Below, one piece after another: positions 8,146 to 17,754 of a DNA stretch of 32,000 bases (the first letter of the stretch is position 1; the number at the start of each line of letters is the position of its first letter). The stretch comes from Sinorhizobium meliloti. GTDB lineage: Bacteria > Pseudomonadota > Alphaproteobacteria > Rhizobiales > Rhizobiaceae. The stretch covers positions 960,001-992,000 of the forward strand of contig NZ_JAGIOS010000001.1 of assembly GCF_017876815.1 (NCBI RefSeq), read 5' to 3'. The notes under the pieces were generated by a model. It was given only the letters and a program-made list of their open reading frames with translations. It was not told the DNA's origin and ran no database searches. Position numbers and translations under genes: made by a program.

Positions 8146-8550
8146 ATGCATATCGACGGCCAGTGCCATTGCGGCTTCGTTACCTACGAGGCGGAGATCG
8201 ATCCGGAGCACGTGACGATCTGCCATTGCACCGATTGCCAACGGCTGACCGGCACCGCCTACCGCGTCAGCACCAGCACGCCGCGATCATCGTTCCGGCT
8301 GACCGGCGGCGAGCCGAAGCTTTATGTCAAGACCGGCGAAAACGGACGCAAGCGGCTGCAGTTCTTCTGCCCCAATTGCGGCTCACCGGTCTACACGACG
8401 GGCACGGACGAGGACGCCGAGGAGATCGGCATCCGCGTCGGCACCGTAAACCAGCGGCGCGAACTTGCACCACGCAAGCAGATCTGGTGTTCCTCCGCCC
8501 TGCCCTGGTCCGGCGACATCGGCAAGCTGCCGGGGCTGCCTCGGGATTGA
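8146..8550 (+). CDS. GFA-family (CENP-V/glutathione-dependent formaldehyde-activating-like) zinc protein
   Basis: ATG at 8146 follows GAGGAG. The Cys clusters CHCGFV, CHCTDCQ and CPNCGS are typical of the GFA fold. Confidence 0.8.
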   Translation: MHIDGQCHCGFVTYEAEIDPEHVTICHCTDCQRLTGTAYRVSTSTPRSSFRLTGGEPKLYVKTGENGRKRLQFFCPNCGSPVYTTGTDEDAEEIGIRVGTVNQRRELAPRKQIWCSSALPWSGDIGKLPGLPRD

Positions 8551-8554
8551 CGGT

Positions 8555-9536
8555 TCAGGCGACCGGATAGGGCCCATCCGTAAAGACCGTGTCGTGGTAG
8601 CCCTTGGACCCGATCTCGATCGCGAGCGGGCTGCGAAAATCCTCGCCGCGGCGCAGGCAATTCAACACATGGGCAAAATCGTATTTCGGCCGCCAGCCGA
8701 GGCAAGCCGTCGCGCGCGCTCACATAGACCCGATCGATCGTCGGAAAGAGCCGCCACCCGCGTTGCGCATAAAGCGCCTCGCATTCGGGAAAGCGGCTGA
8801 AGACGACGGATGGGGCATTCTCCCGAAGAGTTGCGAGATCGTCGCGCGTGAAAGGCGTCGGGGCCGAGACGATGAAGCGGCCAAAGCCGATCTCCCTCGC
8901 CCGGTCGAGGGCCGAGAGATGGGCGCTCGCGACGTCCTCGATATCCGCGCGCCGGTAGAGCAATTCGTTCGCCTGCGCATTGGCCGTTTCGAAGCGGCCG
9001 CGCATTTCCGCATCGTCATCGGCCTCGGGAAAGAAGCGCGAGGTCCGGAGAATGACGGCCGGCAGACCATGCCGCCGCGCGAAAAGCTCGCAGAACCCTT
9101 CCGCTGCGACTTTGCTCACACCGTAGATGTTGCGCGGGATCGGCTGGACATCCTCTGTGATCCAGGCTGCCGGCTCACCGGGCGCCGGTGTCAGGGCCGA
9201 ACCGAACGCGCTCGTGGTGCTGGTGAAGACAAAGGCGCCGACGCCCGCACCGGCCGCCTCTTCCAGCAGATTGACCGTGCCGGCGACATTGGTATCGACG
9301 AATTCGCAATAACCGTGCGTCGCCACATGCGGCTTGTGCAGGGTCGCGGAATGGATGACGGCGCGCACGTCCTTCATTGCCTGACGGACGAAGCGGCGGT
9401 CGGCAATCGACCCGACCGCATCGGTGAAAGGGGAGCCCTTGATGTCGATGCCGCGAACGTCGCGGCCCGCCCCGCGCAACACCCGCATCAATGCTTCGCC
9501 CAGGTGGCCGGCGCTTCCTGTCACCAATATCGTCAT
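8555..9536 (-). pseudogene. NAD-dependent epimerase/dehydratase (extended SDR) with a frameshift at a (CG)n run
   Basis: The N-terminus has VTGSAGHLG (Rossmann fold) and YGVSK (YxxxK). After ...IDRVYVSAR the ORF-track frame becomes R/P/S-rich with low GC3 and runs 160 nt into the convergent GFA gene. A second frame reads ATACLGWRPKYDFAHVLNCLRRGEDFRSPLAIEIGSKGYHDTVFTDGPYPVA* with high GC3 and stops at 8555. The frames switch within CGCGCGCGC (8711-8719). Confidence 0.7.
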
Positions 9537-9653
9537 GCGTCGCTCCTTTTACCTCGCTGCCAAGCCTACCAAACCGCCCGCGCTTTGCGACAGGGGGCGG
9601 AAGCGCTATACCACCATCGAGGCACAAGGAAGAACGGAGACGGCGAACCGGGC

Positions 9654-10463
9654 ATGGCGAAAGGGCATTTCAGGGTGCTGCCGCGCCGCATCGCCGGCGT
9701 CGACGTGGTGGAAGCGACGACGAACCACAGTTTCGCGCGCCATACGCACGAGCAGTTCGGCATCGGCCTGATCCATGCGGGCGCGCAGACGTCGCTGAGC
9801 GGCCGCGGAACCGTCGAGGCGGAAGCGGGCGACGTGATCACCGTCAATCCCGGTGAGGTCCATGACGGCGCCCCCATCGGCGACGCGGGCCGGTCCTGGC
9901 GGATGCTCTATCTCGATCCGCCGCTGGTCGCCTCGCTCGTCGATGACGTCACCGAAGGGAAAAGGTCGGGTTGCGAATTCTCGGACCCGGTGATCAGAAG
10001 CACCGGGCTGGCAGCCCGCTTCGGCGCGATCTTCGCGGCTGCCGGGGCCGCCGACGGCACCGAGACGATGCTTCGCTGGGATGAACTGGCCGTCACCCTG
10101 TTCGCGGAGGCGATGCAGCTTGCCCCGACGGATGCACCGGCAGGCGTGCCGAGGTCGGTCGCCTCGGCCATAAGCCTGATCGAGGACGATCCGCTGGCGT
10201 CGCTTACGCTCGCGGACCTCGCCCTCGAGAGCGGCCTGAGCCGCTTCCAGCTCGTGCGCGGCTTTTCCAGGGCGACGGGGCTTACGCCCCATGCCTATCT
10301 CCTCCAACGCCGGATAGACATCGTCCGGCGGCTGATCGCCGAGGGCACGCCGCTCGCGGAAGCGGCAGCGGCCGGGGGCTTCGTAGACCAGAGCCACATG
10401 ACACGCGTGTTCGTGCGCAAATACGGCTTCTCGCCCGGTGCCTATGCGCAAGCGGTGAACTGA
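9654..10463 (+). CDS. AraC-family transcriptional regulator (cupin-type N-domain plus C-terminal HTH)
   Basis: The real start is MAKGHFRVLP at 9654. The upstream 350 codons of the track ORF are an antisense shadow of the SDR gene. The C-terminal AraC HTH is LSRFQLVRGFSRATGLTPHAYLLQRRI...QSHMTRVFVRKYGFSPGAY. It is divergent from the SDR gene. Confidence 0.85.
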   Translation: MAKGHFRVLPRRIAGVDVVEATTNHSFARHTHEQFGIGLIHAGAQTSLSGRGTVEAEAGDVITVNPGEVHDGAPIGDAGRSWRMLYLDPPLVASLVDDVTEGKRSGCEFSDPVIRSTGLAARFGAIFAAAGAADGTETMLRWDELAVTLFAEAMQLAPTDAPAGVPRSVASAISLIEDDPLASLTLADLALESGLSRFQLVRGFSRATGLTPHAYLLQRRIDIVRRLIAEGTPLAEAAAAGGFVDQSHMTRVFVRKYGFSPGAYAQAVN

Positions 10464-10547
10464 ATTCAACGCCTTGCAATTCCGTACAAGACCGCGCGCT
10501 GCCGATCGGTTCTTCTGCCGCCATCATCAATCGGGAACGGTGGCAGG

Positions 10548-11444
10548 ATGTCGAAGCAAGTTCAGGGATATGTCTTTTTGTCGCTCGCCATGGTGCTCGT
10601 CGGCAGCACCGTGATCGCGAGCAAGATCATCGCCGCCGGCCTGCCGCCGTTCACGGCAACGGCGCTGCGTTTTGCCATCGCCTTCCCTCTTTTCCTGGGC
10701 CTGATGCGAGCAACCGGGGCGTCCTGGCCCAAGCTGCCGAAGAGCGATTGGCTCGTCCTCCTGTTTCAGGCAGGCGCCGGCAGCGTCGGCTATACGACTC
10801 TGCTCATTTCCGGCCTGAAGCTCACCTCCGCGGCCGATGCCGGCGTCATCATCGGGACGCTTCCCGTCGTCTCCGCCGCGATCGCCATCATGGTTCTCGG
10901 CGAGCGTCCGCATCGCTCCGTGCTCGCCGCCGCTTGCCTGGCGGCGGCCGGCGTTCTCGCGATCGTCTTCCGGCCGGATGCGAACGCCGCGCATTCGCTC
11001 GCCGGCAGCGCCCTGATCTTCGGCGCGGTCATCTGCGAAGGCCTGTTCATTCTGCTCAACAAGCGCGTCAGCGTCGCGATTCCGCCGCTTGGCCTGTCGG
11101 CGCTGATGACGGGCTTCGGCGGTGCAATTGCGCTCCCGTTCGCGCTTGCAGAGCTTCCTTCGATGGGTGCGACAGGCGTCCCGGCCCTCGCGGCGGTCGC
11201 CTATTACGCGCTCGTGCCGACGGTCGGGGGCTTCGTGCTCTGGTATGCGGGACTTCAGAAGGTGAGCGGCACGGAGGCCTCGGTCTTCACCGCCTTGGCA
11301 CCGGTTTCCGCGCTGCTCCTCGCCGCCGCCGTTCTCGGCGAGACGATCACCGCCAATCAGATGATCGGCATGGCATGCGTGCTGGTCGCCGTGCTGAGCC
11401 TCGGCCTTCGCAGGGCCAGTCCGGAGCGGGCCGGAGAGGCGTAA
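10548..11444 (+). CDS. EamA/DMT-family transporter
   Basis: 298 aa and about 10 hydrophobic segments, with two EamA-like halves. Confidence 0.8.
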   Translation: MSKQVQGYVFLSLAMVLVGSTVIASKIIAAGLPPFTATALRFAIAFPLFLGLMRATGASWPKLPKSDWLVLLFQAGAGSVGYTTLLISGLKLTSAADAGVIIGTLPVVSAAIAIMVLGERPHRSVLAAACLAAAGVLAIVFRPDANAAHSLAGSALIFGAVICEGLFILLNKRVSVAIPPLGLSALMTGFGGAIALPFALAELPSMGATGVPALAAVAYYALVPTVGGFVLWYAGLQKVSGTEASVFTALAPVSALLLAAAVLGETITANQMIGMACVLVAVLSLGLRRASPERAGEA

Positions 11445-11460
11445 TCCGGCGAAGGCGCGA

Positions 11461-13044
11461 TCACGCCGCCTTGGCGACGTGATACTCCTTGATCGCCACC
11501 ATCTTGACCGCCGGATAGCGCTCCGACTCGTAGCGCAGCGAGAACCCGTCCTGCGCCAGGTATACCGGGTCGCCGTCGAGGTCTCGCGCGATGTCGCCGC
11601 GGTGGGTCGCGATGAACTTTTCGAGATCAGCCGGGCTCTCGGCGGAGATCCAGCGGCAGATGGAGAAGCGCGACATCTCGAAGGAGACCGGCAGGCTGTA
11701 TTCCGCCTGCAGGCGTTCCCTGAGAACGTCGAGCTGAAGCGCGCCGACGACGCCGACGATCGCAGGCGCACCGTCGTCCGGAGAAAAGAGCTGCACGACG
11801 CCCTCCTCCGCCATCTGTTGCAGCGCCTCTTTCAGCTTCTTCGCCTTCATCGCATCTTCCAGCCGGACGCGGCGGAGAATTTCCGGTGCGAAGTTCGGCA
11901 CGCCCTGGAACACGAGCGGCTCGCCCTCCGTCAGCGTATCGCCGATCCTCAGCGTGCCGTGGTTCGGGATGCCGACGACGTCGCCGGCGAAAGCCGTATC
12001 GGCGAGCTGGCGCTGCGAGGCAAAGAAGAATTGCGGCGCCGTCAGGCCCATCTGCTTGCCGGTGCGCGACAGCCGCGCCTTCATGCCGCGCTCGAGCTTG
12101 CCCGAGCAGACGCGGACGAAAGCGATGCGGTCGCGGTGGTTCGGGTCCATGTTCGCCTGGATCTTGAAGACGAAGGCGGTCATCCTGTCGTCCGTCGCCT
12201 CGACGGTGCGGATGTCGGCAACCTGGGCCCGCGGCGGCGGCGCGAAGTCGGCGAGCGCATTGATCAGGTCGCGCACGCCGAAGTTCCGCAGCGCCGAGCC
12301 GAAGAACACCGGCGTCAGATGGCCTTCGAGGAAAGCCTTGCGGTCGAAGGGCTTGCACGCCTCGATCGCCAGCGACGTTTCCTCGATGAAGGTGTCGCGT
12401 TCGTTCTCGGGCAGACGGTGCGAAGCCATTTCCGGATCGTTGACCTTGGTCAGCCGCTCCTGCGTGTCGGCGCCGCGCACCTCGTCGGTGGCAAGATGAT
12501 AGGTGCCGCAGAAGGTCTTGGAGCGGCCGATCGGCCAGGTGACCGGCGCGCAGTCGAGCGCCAGCTTCTGCTCGACCTCGTCGAGGATTTCGAAGGGGTC
12601 GCGGCTTTCGCGGTCCATCTTGTTGACGAAGGTGATGATCGGGATATCGCGCAGGCGGCAGACCTCGAAGAGCTTGAGCGTGCGCGGCTCGATACCCTTG
12701 GCCGCGTCGATCACCATGACGGCTGCATCGACCGCCGTCAGCGTGCGATAGGTGTCGTCGGCAAAGTCTTCGTGACCGGGCGTGTCGAGCAGGTTGAAAA
12801 CGGTATCGTTGTATTCGAAGGTCATCACCGAGGTGACGACCGAGATGCCGCGCTCGCGCTCGATCTTCATCCAGTCCGAGCGGGTCTGGATACGGTCCTT
12901 CTTGGCCTTGACCTCGCCGGCGAGCTGGATCGCGCCGCCGAAGAGCAGAAGCTTCTCGGTGAGCGTCGTCTTACCGGCGTCCGGGTGCGAAATGATCGCA
13001 AATGTGCGGCGGCGGGAGACCGCCTCGGCAATGCTTTCGGCCAT
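11461..13044 (-). CDS. prfC: Peptide chain release factor 3 (GTPase)
   Basis: Starts MAESIAEAVSRRRTFAIISHPDAGKTT (G1 motif). DTPGHEDF (G3) and NKMD (G4) are present. The product is 527 aa. The track start at 13101 is an extension. Confidence 0.95.
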   Translation of the reverse strand: MAESIAEAVSRRRTFAIISHPDAGKTTLTEKLLLFGGAIQLAGEVKAKKDRIQTRSDWMKIERERGISVVTSVMTFEYNDTVFNLLDTPGHEDFADDTYRTLTAVDAAVMVIDAAKGIEPRTLKLFEVCRLRDIPIITFVNKMDRESRDPFEILDEVEQKLALDCAPVTWPIGRSKTFCGTYHLATDEVRGADTQERLTKVNDPEMASHRLPENERDTFIEETSLAIEACKPFDRKAFLEGHLTPVFFGSALRNFGVRDLINALADFAPPPRAQVADIRTVEATDDRMTAFVFKIQANMDPNHRDRIAFVRVCSGKLERGMKARLSRTGKQMGLTAPQFFFASQRQLADTAFAGDVVGIPNHGTLRIGDTLTEGEPLVFQGVPNFAPEILRRVRLEDAMKAKKLKEALQQMAEEGVVQLFSPDDGAPAIVGVVGALQLDVLRERLQAEYSLPVSFEMSRFSICRWISAESPADLEKFIATHRGDIARDLDGDPVYLAQDGFSLRYESERYPAVKMVAIKEYHVAKAA

Positions 13045-13136
13045 GATCTGAGTATCCTGTGAGTTGCGGCGTCCTTTACAGGCTCGGGGGCCAATATGCA
13101 ATTGACTGCGGCAAGCCCGGCCGTGCTTATGACGGA

Positions 13137-13625
13137 ATGACCATGCACACGCCCGAAAATCGACCTGCCCTGACCCCTGGCCTCACCCTCGTCCGTCTGC
13201 CTCATGGCGAGGGTCTCGACCTGCCGGCCTACGAGACCGCGGGTGCCGCCGGCATGGACCTGCGCGCGGCCCTGCCGGCCGACGAACCGATGACGATCCG
13301 GCCGGGAGAGCGCGCATTGGTCCCGACGGGCTTTATCTTCGAGATCCCCGCCGGTCATGAAGGACAGATCCGGCCGCGCTCCGGGCTGGCCTTCAAGCAC
13401 GGCATCACCTGCCTCAACACGCCGGGCACCGTCGACAGCGACTATCGCGGAGAGGTGAAGGTGCTGCTCGTCAATCTCGGTGCGGAGGATTTCGCGGTCG
13501 AGCGCGGCATGCGTATCGCCCAGATGGTAATCGCCCCGGTGACCCGGCTGGCGATCCGCGAGGCGGGTGGCGCGACGACGACGGCGCGCGGGGCTGGCGG
13601 CTTCGGCTCGACCGGAACTAAATAA
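13137..13625 (+). CDS. dut: dUTP diphosphatase
   Basis: dUTPase motifs [17 protein letters not shown] and [10 protein letters not shown] are present. The start could be ATG 13137 or ATG 13143. Confidence 0.9.
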   Translation: MTMHTPENRPALTPGLTLVRLPHGEGLDLPAYETAGAAGMDLRAALPADEPMTIRPGERALVPTGFIFEIPAGHEGQIRPRSGLAFKHGITCLNTPGTVDSDYRGEVKVLLVNLGAEDFAVERGMRIAQMVIAPVTRLAIREAGGATTTARGAGGFGSTGTK

Positions 13626-14055
13626 GCGGTGGCAGGCGCCGCTTGACCGGCGAGGATTTGACGATCGACGTGTTCGTCTGCGCCTTTTCCGCGATGCGAT
13701 CGAGGATCGTGTCGAGTTCCGCCATGTCGCGCACCAGCATCTTGGCGATGAAGCAGTCGTCCCCCGTGACCTTGTCGCATTCAATGAATTCGGGCGTTTC
13801 CTGGATCAGCCTTTCAACGATATGCAGCATGCCCGGCATCGGCCGGATGCGGACGATCGCCTGCAGCGGATAGCCGAGACGCGCCGGATTGACCGAGATC
13901 GTGAAGCCGTCGAGCACGCCGCGCTCCTCGAGCTTGCGCAGCCGCTCCGCCGCACTCGGCGAGGAAAGGCCCGCCTCCTGCGCCAGTTCCTTCAGCGACA
14001 CCCGGGCGTTGGCGGCCAAAATTTCGAGAATGCGGCGGTCGAGCTCGTCCAACAT
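13618..14055 (-). CDS. Lrp/AsnC-family transcriptional regulator
   Basis: 145 aa with an N-terminal AsnC-type HTH ([44 protein letters not shown]) and a C-terminal RAM domain. It is divergent from an EamA transporter. Confidence 0.9.
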   Translation of the reverse strand: MLDELDRRILEILAANARVSLKELAQEAGLSSPSAAERLRKLEERGVLDGFTISVNPARLGYPLQAIVRIRPMPGMLHIVERLIQETPEFIECDKVTGDDCFIAKMLVRDMAELDTILDRIAEKAQTNTSIVKSSPVKRRLPPLI

Positions 14056-14171
14056 GTAATTCCCTCATAAGCCAAATTAGCCTTACCACCTTAATCCGTT
14101 AGGTGTCTTCCTATATTTCCCTCTCAATATCCATATCCCTGCGCCAACAGGCTCATTATTCTTGAAGCACA

Positions 14172-15104
14172 ATGGATGGAGCCAAGGCCATGGATAAGGA
14201 CATACGGCGCGGAAGCGCGGAAATGACGGCGGCGATGCTTATTTCGGGAACGATCGGCTGGTTCGTGCTGATGTCAGGCCAGCCCGTCGCGGGCGTCGTC
14301 TTCTGGCGTTGCGTGTTCGGGGCTGCAACGCTCGCCGCGCTTGCGGCGGTCTTCGGCCTCATCGACCTGAGACATTTGCGGATGAAGGTCATCGTTCTTT
14401 CCGCTCTGGGCGGGGTCGCGATCGTCGTGAACTGGCTCCTGCTCTTCGCCGCCTATCCCCGCGCCTCGATCTCCATCGCGACCATGGTCTACAACACGCA
14501 GCCCTTCATGCTGCTCGGGCTCGGTGCGCTTTTTCTCGGTGAGAAGATCACCGCCAGCAAGCTCCTCTGGCTCTCGCTCTCCTTCGCAGGCATGATCGCG
14601 ATCGTCCTCGCCAAGCCCGCGGGCACTTATGAACCCAGCGACTATCTCGCCGGGATAGCACTGTCGCTCGGCGCCGCCTTCTTCTACGCCATCGCGGCGC
14701 TCGTCACCAAGCTCCTCAAGGGCACGCCGCCGCATCTGATCGCGCTGGTGCAGGTCATCACCGGAGCGGCCATGCTCGCCCCCTTCGCCCTTGTCGCGCC
14801 GCTGCCGCAGGGAATGGTCCAGTGGGCGCTGCTGCTGACCGTCGGTGTAGTTCATACCGGCATCATGTATATTCTGCTTTACGGCGCCATACAGAAGCTG
14901 CCGACCCACATGACAGGCGCCCTTTCCTTCATCTATCCGGTAGCCGCGATCCTGGTGGACCGCATCGCGTTCGGCCACGCTCTGCAGCCGGTGCAGATCG
15001 CGGGCTCGGTCGCGATCCTCATTGCTGCCGCGGGCACCAATCTCGGCTGGACCCTTAAGCCTTCGTCACCGTCCGCCAAGCGTCCGGCGGAAGGAAGCCT
15101 CTAA
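14172..15104 (+). CDS. EamA/DMT-family transporter
   Basis: Polytopic membrane protein with two EamA repeats. ATG 14190, preceded by GGAG at 14178-14181, may be the true start. Confidence 0.8.
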   Translation: MDGAKAMDKDIRRGSAEMTAAMLISGTIGWFVLMSGQPVAGVVFWRCVFGAATLAALAAVFGLIDLRHLRMKVIVLSALGGVAIVVNWLLLFAAYPRASISIATMVYNTQPFMLLGLGALFLGEKITASKLLWLSLSFAGMIAIVLAKPAGTYEPSDYLAGIALSLGAAFFYAIAALVTKLLKGTPPHLIALVQVITGAAMLAPFALVAPLPQGMVQWALLLTVGVVHTGIMYILLYGAIQKLPTHMTGALSFIYPVAAILVDRIAFGHALQPVQIAGSVAILIAAAGTNLGWTLKPSSPSAKRPAEGSL

Positions 15105-15733
15105 CGCCGCGCCTCCGCGGCCATGCTGATGGCAAGACCCGCGAGCGCCGTGCTCATGAGCCAGCGCTGCACCAGCATGAAGGACGGGCGGCCAGAGAGG
15201 AAGGCGGCCACCGCTCCGGCGGTCACCGCGATCAGCGCATTGACGCTGACGCTGATCGCGATCTGCACGCTGCCGAAGACGAGGGACTGCGCGAGCACGT
15301 TGCCGGCCTCGGGGCGGATGAATTGCGGCAGCAGCGACAGGTAGAGGATGGCCACCTTCGGGTTGAGCAGGCTGGTGAAGAGGCCCATCGCGAAGAGCTT
15401 GCGCGGGCGATCCTTCGGCAGGTCGCGTACTTGAAAGATCGAGCGGCCGCCGGGACGAACCGCCTGCCAGGCGAGATAAAGCAGGTAAAGCGCACCTGCG
15501 AAACGAAGGACATCATAGGCAAAAGGGACCGCAAGAAGCAGGGCGGTAATGCCGAGCGCGGCAGACACCATGTAACAGACGAAGCCGAGCGCTATTCCCC
15601 CAAGCGAGATCAGCCCCGCCCCCGGTCCCTGGCAGATCGAGCGCGAGATCAGATAGATCATGTTCGGCCCCGGCGTCAGCACCATGCCGAGTGCGATCAG
15701 TGCGAAGCCCAGGAGGTTCTGAATTTCGGGCAT
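15101..15733 (-). CDS. LysE/RhtB-family amino-acid exporter
   Basis: 210 aa, with the N-terminal motif LTPGPNMIYL and six hydrophobic segments typical of LysE translocators. Confidence 0.85.
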   Translation of the reverse strand: MPEIQNLLGFALIALGMVLTPGPNMIYLISRSICQGPGAGLISLGGIALGFVCYMVSAALGITALLLAVPFAYDVLRFAGALYLLYLAWQAVRPGGRSIFQVRDLPKDRPRKLFAMGLFTSLLNPKVAILYLSLLPQFIRPEAGNVLAQSLVFGSVQIAISVSVNALIAVTAGAVAAFLSGRPSFMLVQRWLMSTALAGLAISMAAEARR

Positions 15734-15895
15734 GGGGCGCCGGTCTCCGATGTTTTCCGGAAGGTGTACGGCTCTACCGCGAAGGGCAACGCCGTTCTTG
15801 TCACCCGATCAATTTTCGCGCCTAAATGGGGATGCCAACCGGATTTTCCTCTGCGGCAGATTGCGGTACACCTGCCCCTATCAGGAGGAACGATC

Positions 15896-16513
15896 GTGAC
15901 ACTTGCGGCTCTTCTCGCCTATAGCGGCGCTCTCTTCATCGCCGGGATCATTCCCGGCCCGGGCGTGACGGCGCTCGTTGCCCGAGCCCTGGGATCGGGC
16001 TTTCGGGAAACCTTCTTCATGGGCCTCGGCCTCATCGTCGGCGACATGGTCTATCTGACGGCGGTGGTGCTCGGGCTCGCCTTCATCGCCCAGACATTCA
16101 CGACCGCGTTCCTGGTCGTGAAGATCGCCGGCGCGCTCTATCTCGGCTATATCGCCTGGAAGCTCTGGACGGCCGGGCTCCTGTCGCAGAACATCGAGGC
16201 GCGGAAGTCGACGAGTGCGGCGCTCTCCTTCCTCTCGGGTCTGACGGTCACGCTCGGCAATCCGAAGACGATGCTTTTCTATGTGGCGCTGGTTCCGACG
16301 CTGATCGATCTCGCCTCGATCGGGATGCGCGACTACGGACTGCTGCTTGTGGCGACTTTCCTCGTGCTTCTTGCCGTGCTGCTGCCCTATATGCTGCTTG
16401 CGGCCCGAGCCCGCTCGCTCCTGAAAGAGCCGCAGGCACTGAAGGTTCTGAACCGGGCCGCGGCCGGCATTCTCGCCGGAACGGCCGCCTACATTGCGAC
16501 CCGCGCGACCTGA
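15896..16513 (+). CDS. LysE/RhtB-family amino-acid exporter
   Basis: GTG at 15896 follows AGGAGGAA (15883-15890). The product is 205 aa with IIPGPGVTAL and NPKTMLFY motifs. The track start at 15323 is an antisense extension through the neighbouring gene. Confidence 0.8.
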   Translation: MTLAALLAYSGALFIAGIIPGPGVTALVARALGSGFRETFFMGLGLIVGDMVYLTAVVLGLAFIAQTFTTAFLVVKIAGALYLGYIAWKLWTAGLLSQNIEARKSTSAALSFLSGLTVTLGNPKTMLFYVALVPTLIDLASIGMRDYGLLLVATFLVLLAVLLPYMLLAARARSLLKEPQALKVLNRAAAGILAGTAAYIATRAT

Positions 16514-16651
16514 AAAAAGATTTCCCTGCGGGCCGCTTCGCAACGGTTTTTTCCTTCAGCACCATCGATCCAAGGCGTTCCCGCTCTGGAAGGAAGCCCG
16601 CATAGCTCCTATTGTCGCAGCGACAACTTCAAGAACGAAGGGAGAAACCAT

Positions 16652-17620
16652 ATGCCTGAAGCGCGCAAGCCCGGCCGCGGCCGCGTCTTTTCCTCGATCA
16701 CCGAGACGATCGGCGACACTCCCATCGTGCGGCTGGACAAGCTCGCCAAGGAAAAGGGCGTGAAGGCGAACCTGCTCGCCAAGCTCGAATTCTTCAACCC
16801 GATCGGCTCCGTCAAGGACCGCATCGGCGTCGCGATGATCGAATCGCTCGAGGCGCAAGGGAAGATCACGCCCGGCCGCACGACGCTGGTCGAGCCGACT
16901 TCGGGCAATACGGGCATAGCACTCGCCTTCGTCGCGGCCGCCAAGGGCTACAGGCTGATCCTCACCATGCCCGAGACGATGTCGGTCGAACGCCGCAAGA
17001 TGCTGACGCTTCTCGGTGCCGAACTGGTGCTGACGGAAGGCGCCAAGGGCATGAAGGGCGCAATCGCCAAGGCCCAGGAACTCACCGAGACGCTGCCCGA
17101 CGCGATCATTCCGCAGCAGTTCGAGAACCCGGCCAATCCGGAAATCCACCGCACGACGACCGCCGAGGAGATCTGGAACGACACGGAAGGCGCAGTCGAC
17201 ATCCTCGTGTCCGGCATCGGCACCGGCGGCACCATCACCGGTGCCGGCCAGGTGCTCAAGGCCCGTAAGCCATCGGTCAGGGTGATCGCCGTCGAGCCCG
17301 AAGAATCCCCTATCCTTTCCGGCGGCGCCCCGGGTCCGCACAAGATCCAGGGTATCGGCGCGGGTTTCGCACCGGCGATCCTCGACACGAGCGTCTATGA
17401 CGAAGTCGTCACGGTAAATGCGGGCGAGGCCATAGAGGCGGCGCGGCTCGTCGCCAGACTCGAAGGCGTGCCGGTCGGCATTTCCGCCGGTGCCGCGCTC
17501 CAGGCGGCGATAGAGGTGGGACAGCGCGAGGAAAACGCCGGCAGGAATATCGTCGTGATCATTCCGTCCTTTGCCGAACGGTATCTTTCGACGGTGCTGT
17601 TCGAGGGATTGGGAGCCTAG
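16652..17620 (+). CDS. cysK: Cysteine synthase A (O-acetylserine sulfhydrylase)
   Basis: The PLP-lysine motif NPIGSVKDR, the phosphate loop GTGGTITG, and the 322-aa length all fit CysK. The start is preceded by AAGGGAGAA. Confidence 0.9.
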   Translation: MPEARKPGRGRVFSSITETIGDTPIVRLDKLAKEKGVKANLLAKLEFFNPIGSVKDRIGVAMIESLEAQGKITPGRTTLVEPTSGNTGIALAFVAAAKGYRLILTMPETMSVERRKMLTLLGAELVLTEGAKGMKGAIAKAQELTETLPDAIIPQQFENPANPEIHRTTTAEEIWNDTEGAVDILVSGIGTGGTITGAGQVLKARKPSVRVIAVEPEESPILSGGAPGPHKIQGIGAGFAPAILDTSVYDEVVTVNAGEAIEAARLVARLEGVPVGISAGAALQAAIEVGQREENAGRNIVVIIPSFAERYLSTVLFEGLGA

Positions 17621-17637
17621 CGCCGGCAGTCGCGGCA

Positions 17638-17687
17638 TCCCCCTCATCCGGCCTGCCGGCCACCTTCTCCCCGCAGGCGGGGCGAAG
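17638..17687. repeat. REP/RIME-like unit, forward orientation, 17 nt after the cysK stop
   Basis: CCCCCTCATCCGGCCTGCCGGCCACCTTCTCCCCGCAGGCGGGGCGAAGG has the same arm plus hairpin as the unit at 924-974. Confidence 0.9.
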
Positions 17688-17754
17688 GAGACTCGCAGCA
17701 AACCCGCAGCTCCTTTCTCCGCCGTCTAAATGGAACGAGACGGAGCCCGCATGT

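Noticed and set aside
8391-8554. C-terminal extension of the SDR ORF that overlaps the GFA gene by 160 nt
   Set aside because: It is an artefact of reading past the frameshift. It has low GC3 and an R/P/S-rich sequence, and the alternative frame ends cleanly at 8555.
8604-9653. N-terminal 350 codons of the 619-aa ORF that ends as the AraC regulator
   Set aside because: This part is antisense to the SDR epimerase. The AraC protein begins at the conserved MAKGHF start (9654) after a 117-bp divergent promoter gap.
11479-13062. 527-aa ORF exactly antisense to prfC
   Set aside because: Its composition is low-complexity R/A/D/L-rich. prfC on the opposite strand carries all the GTPase motifs. This is a classic shadow ORF.
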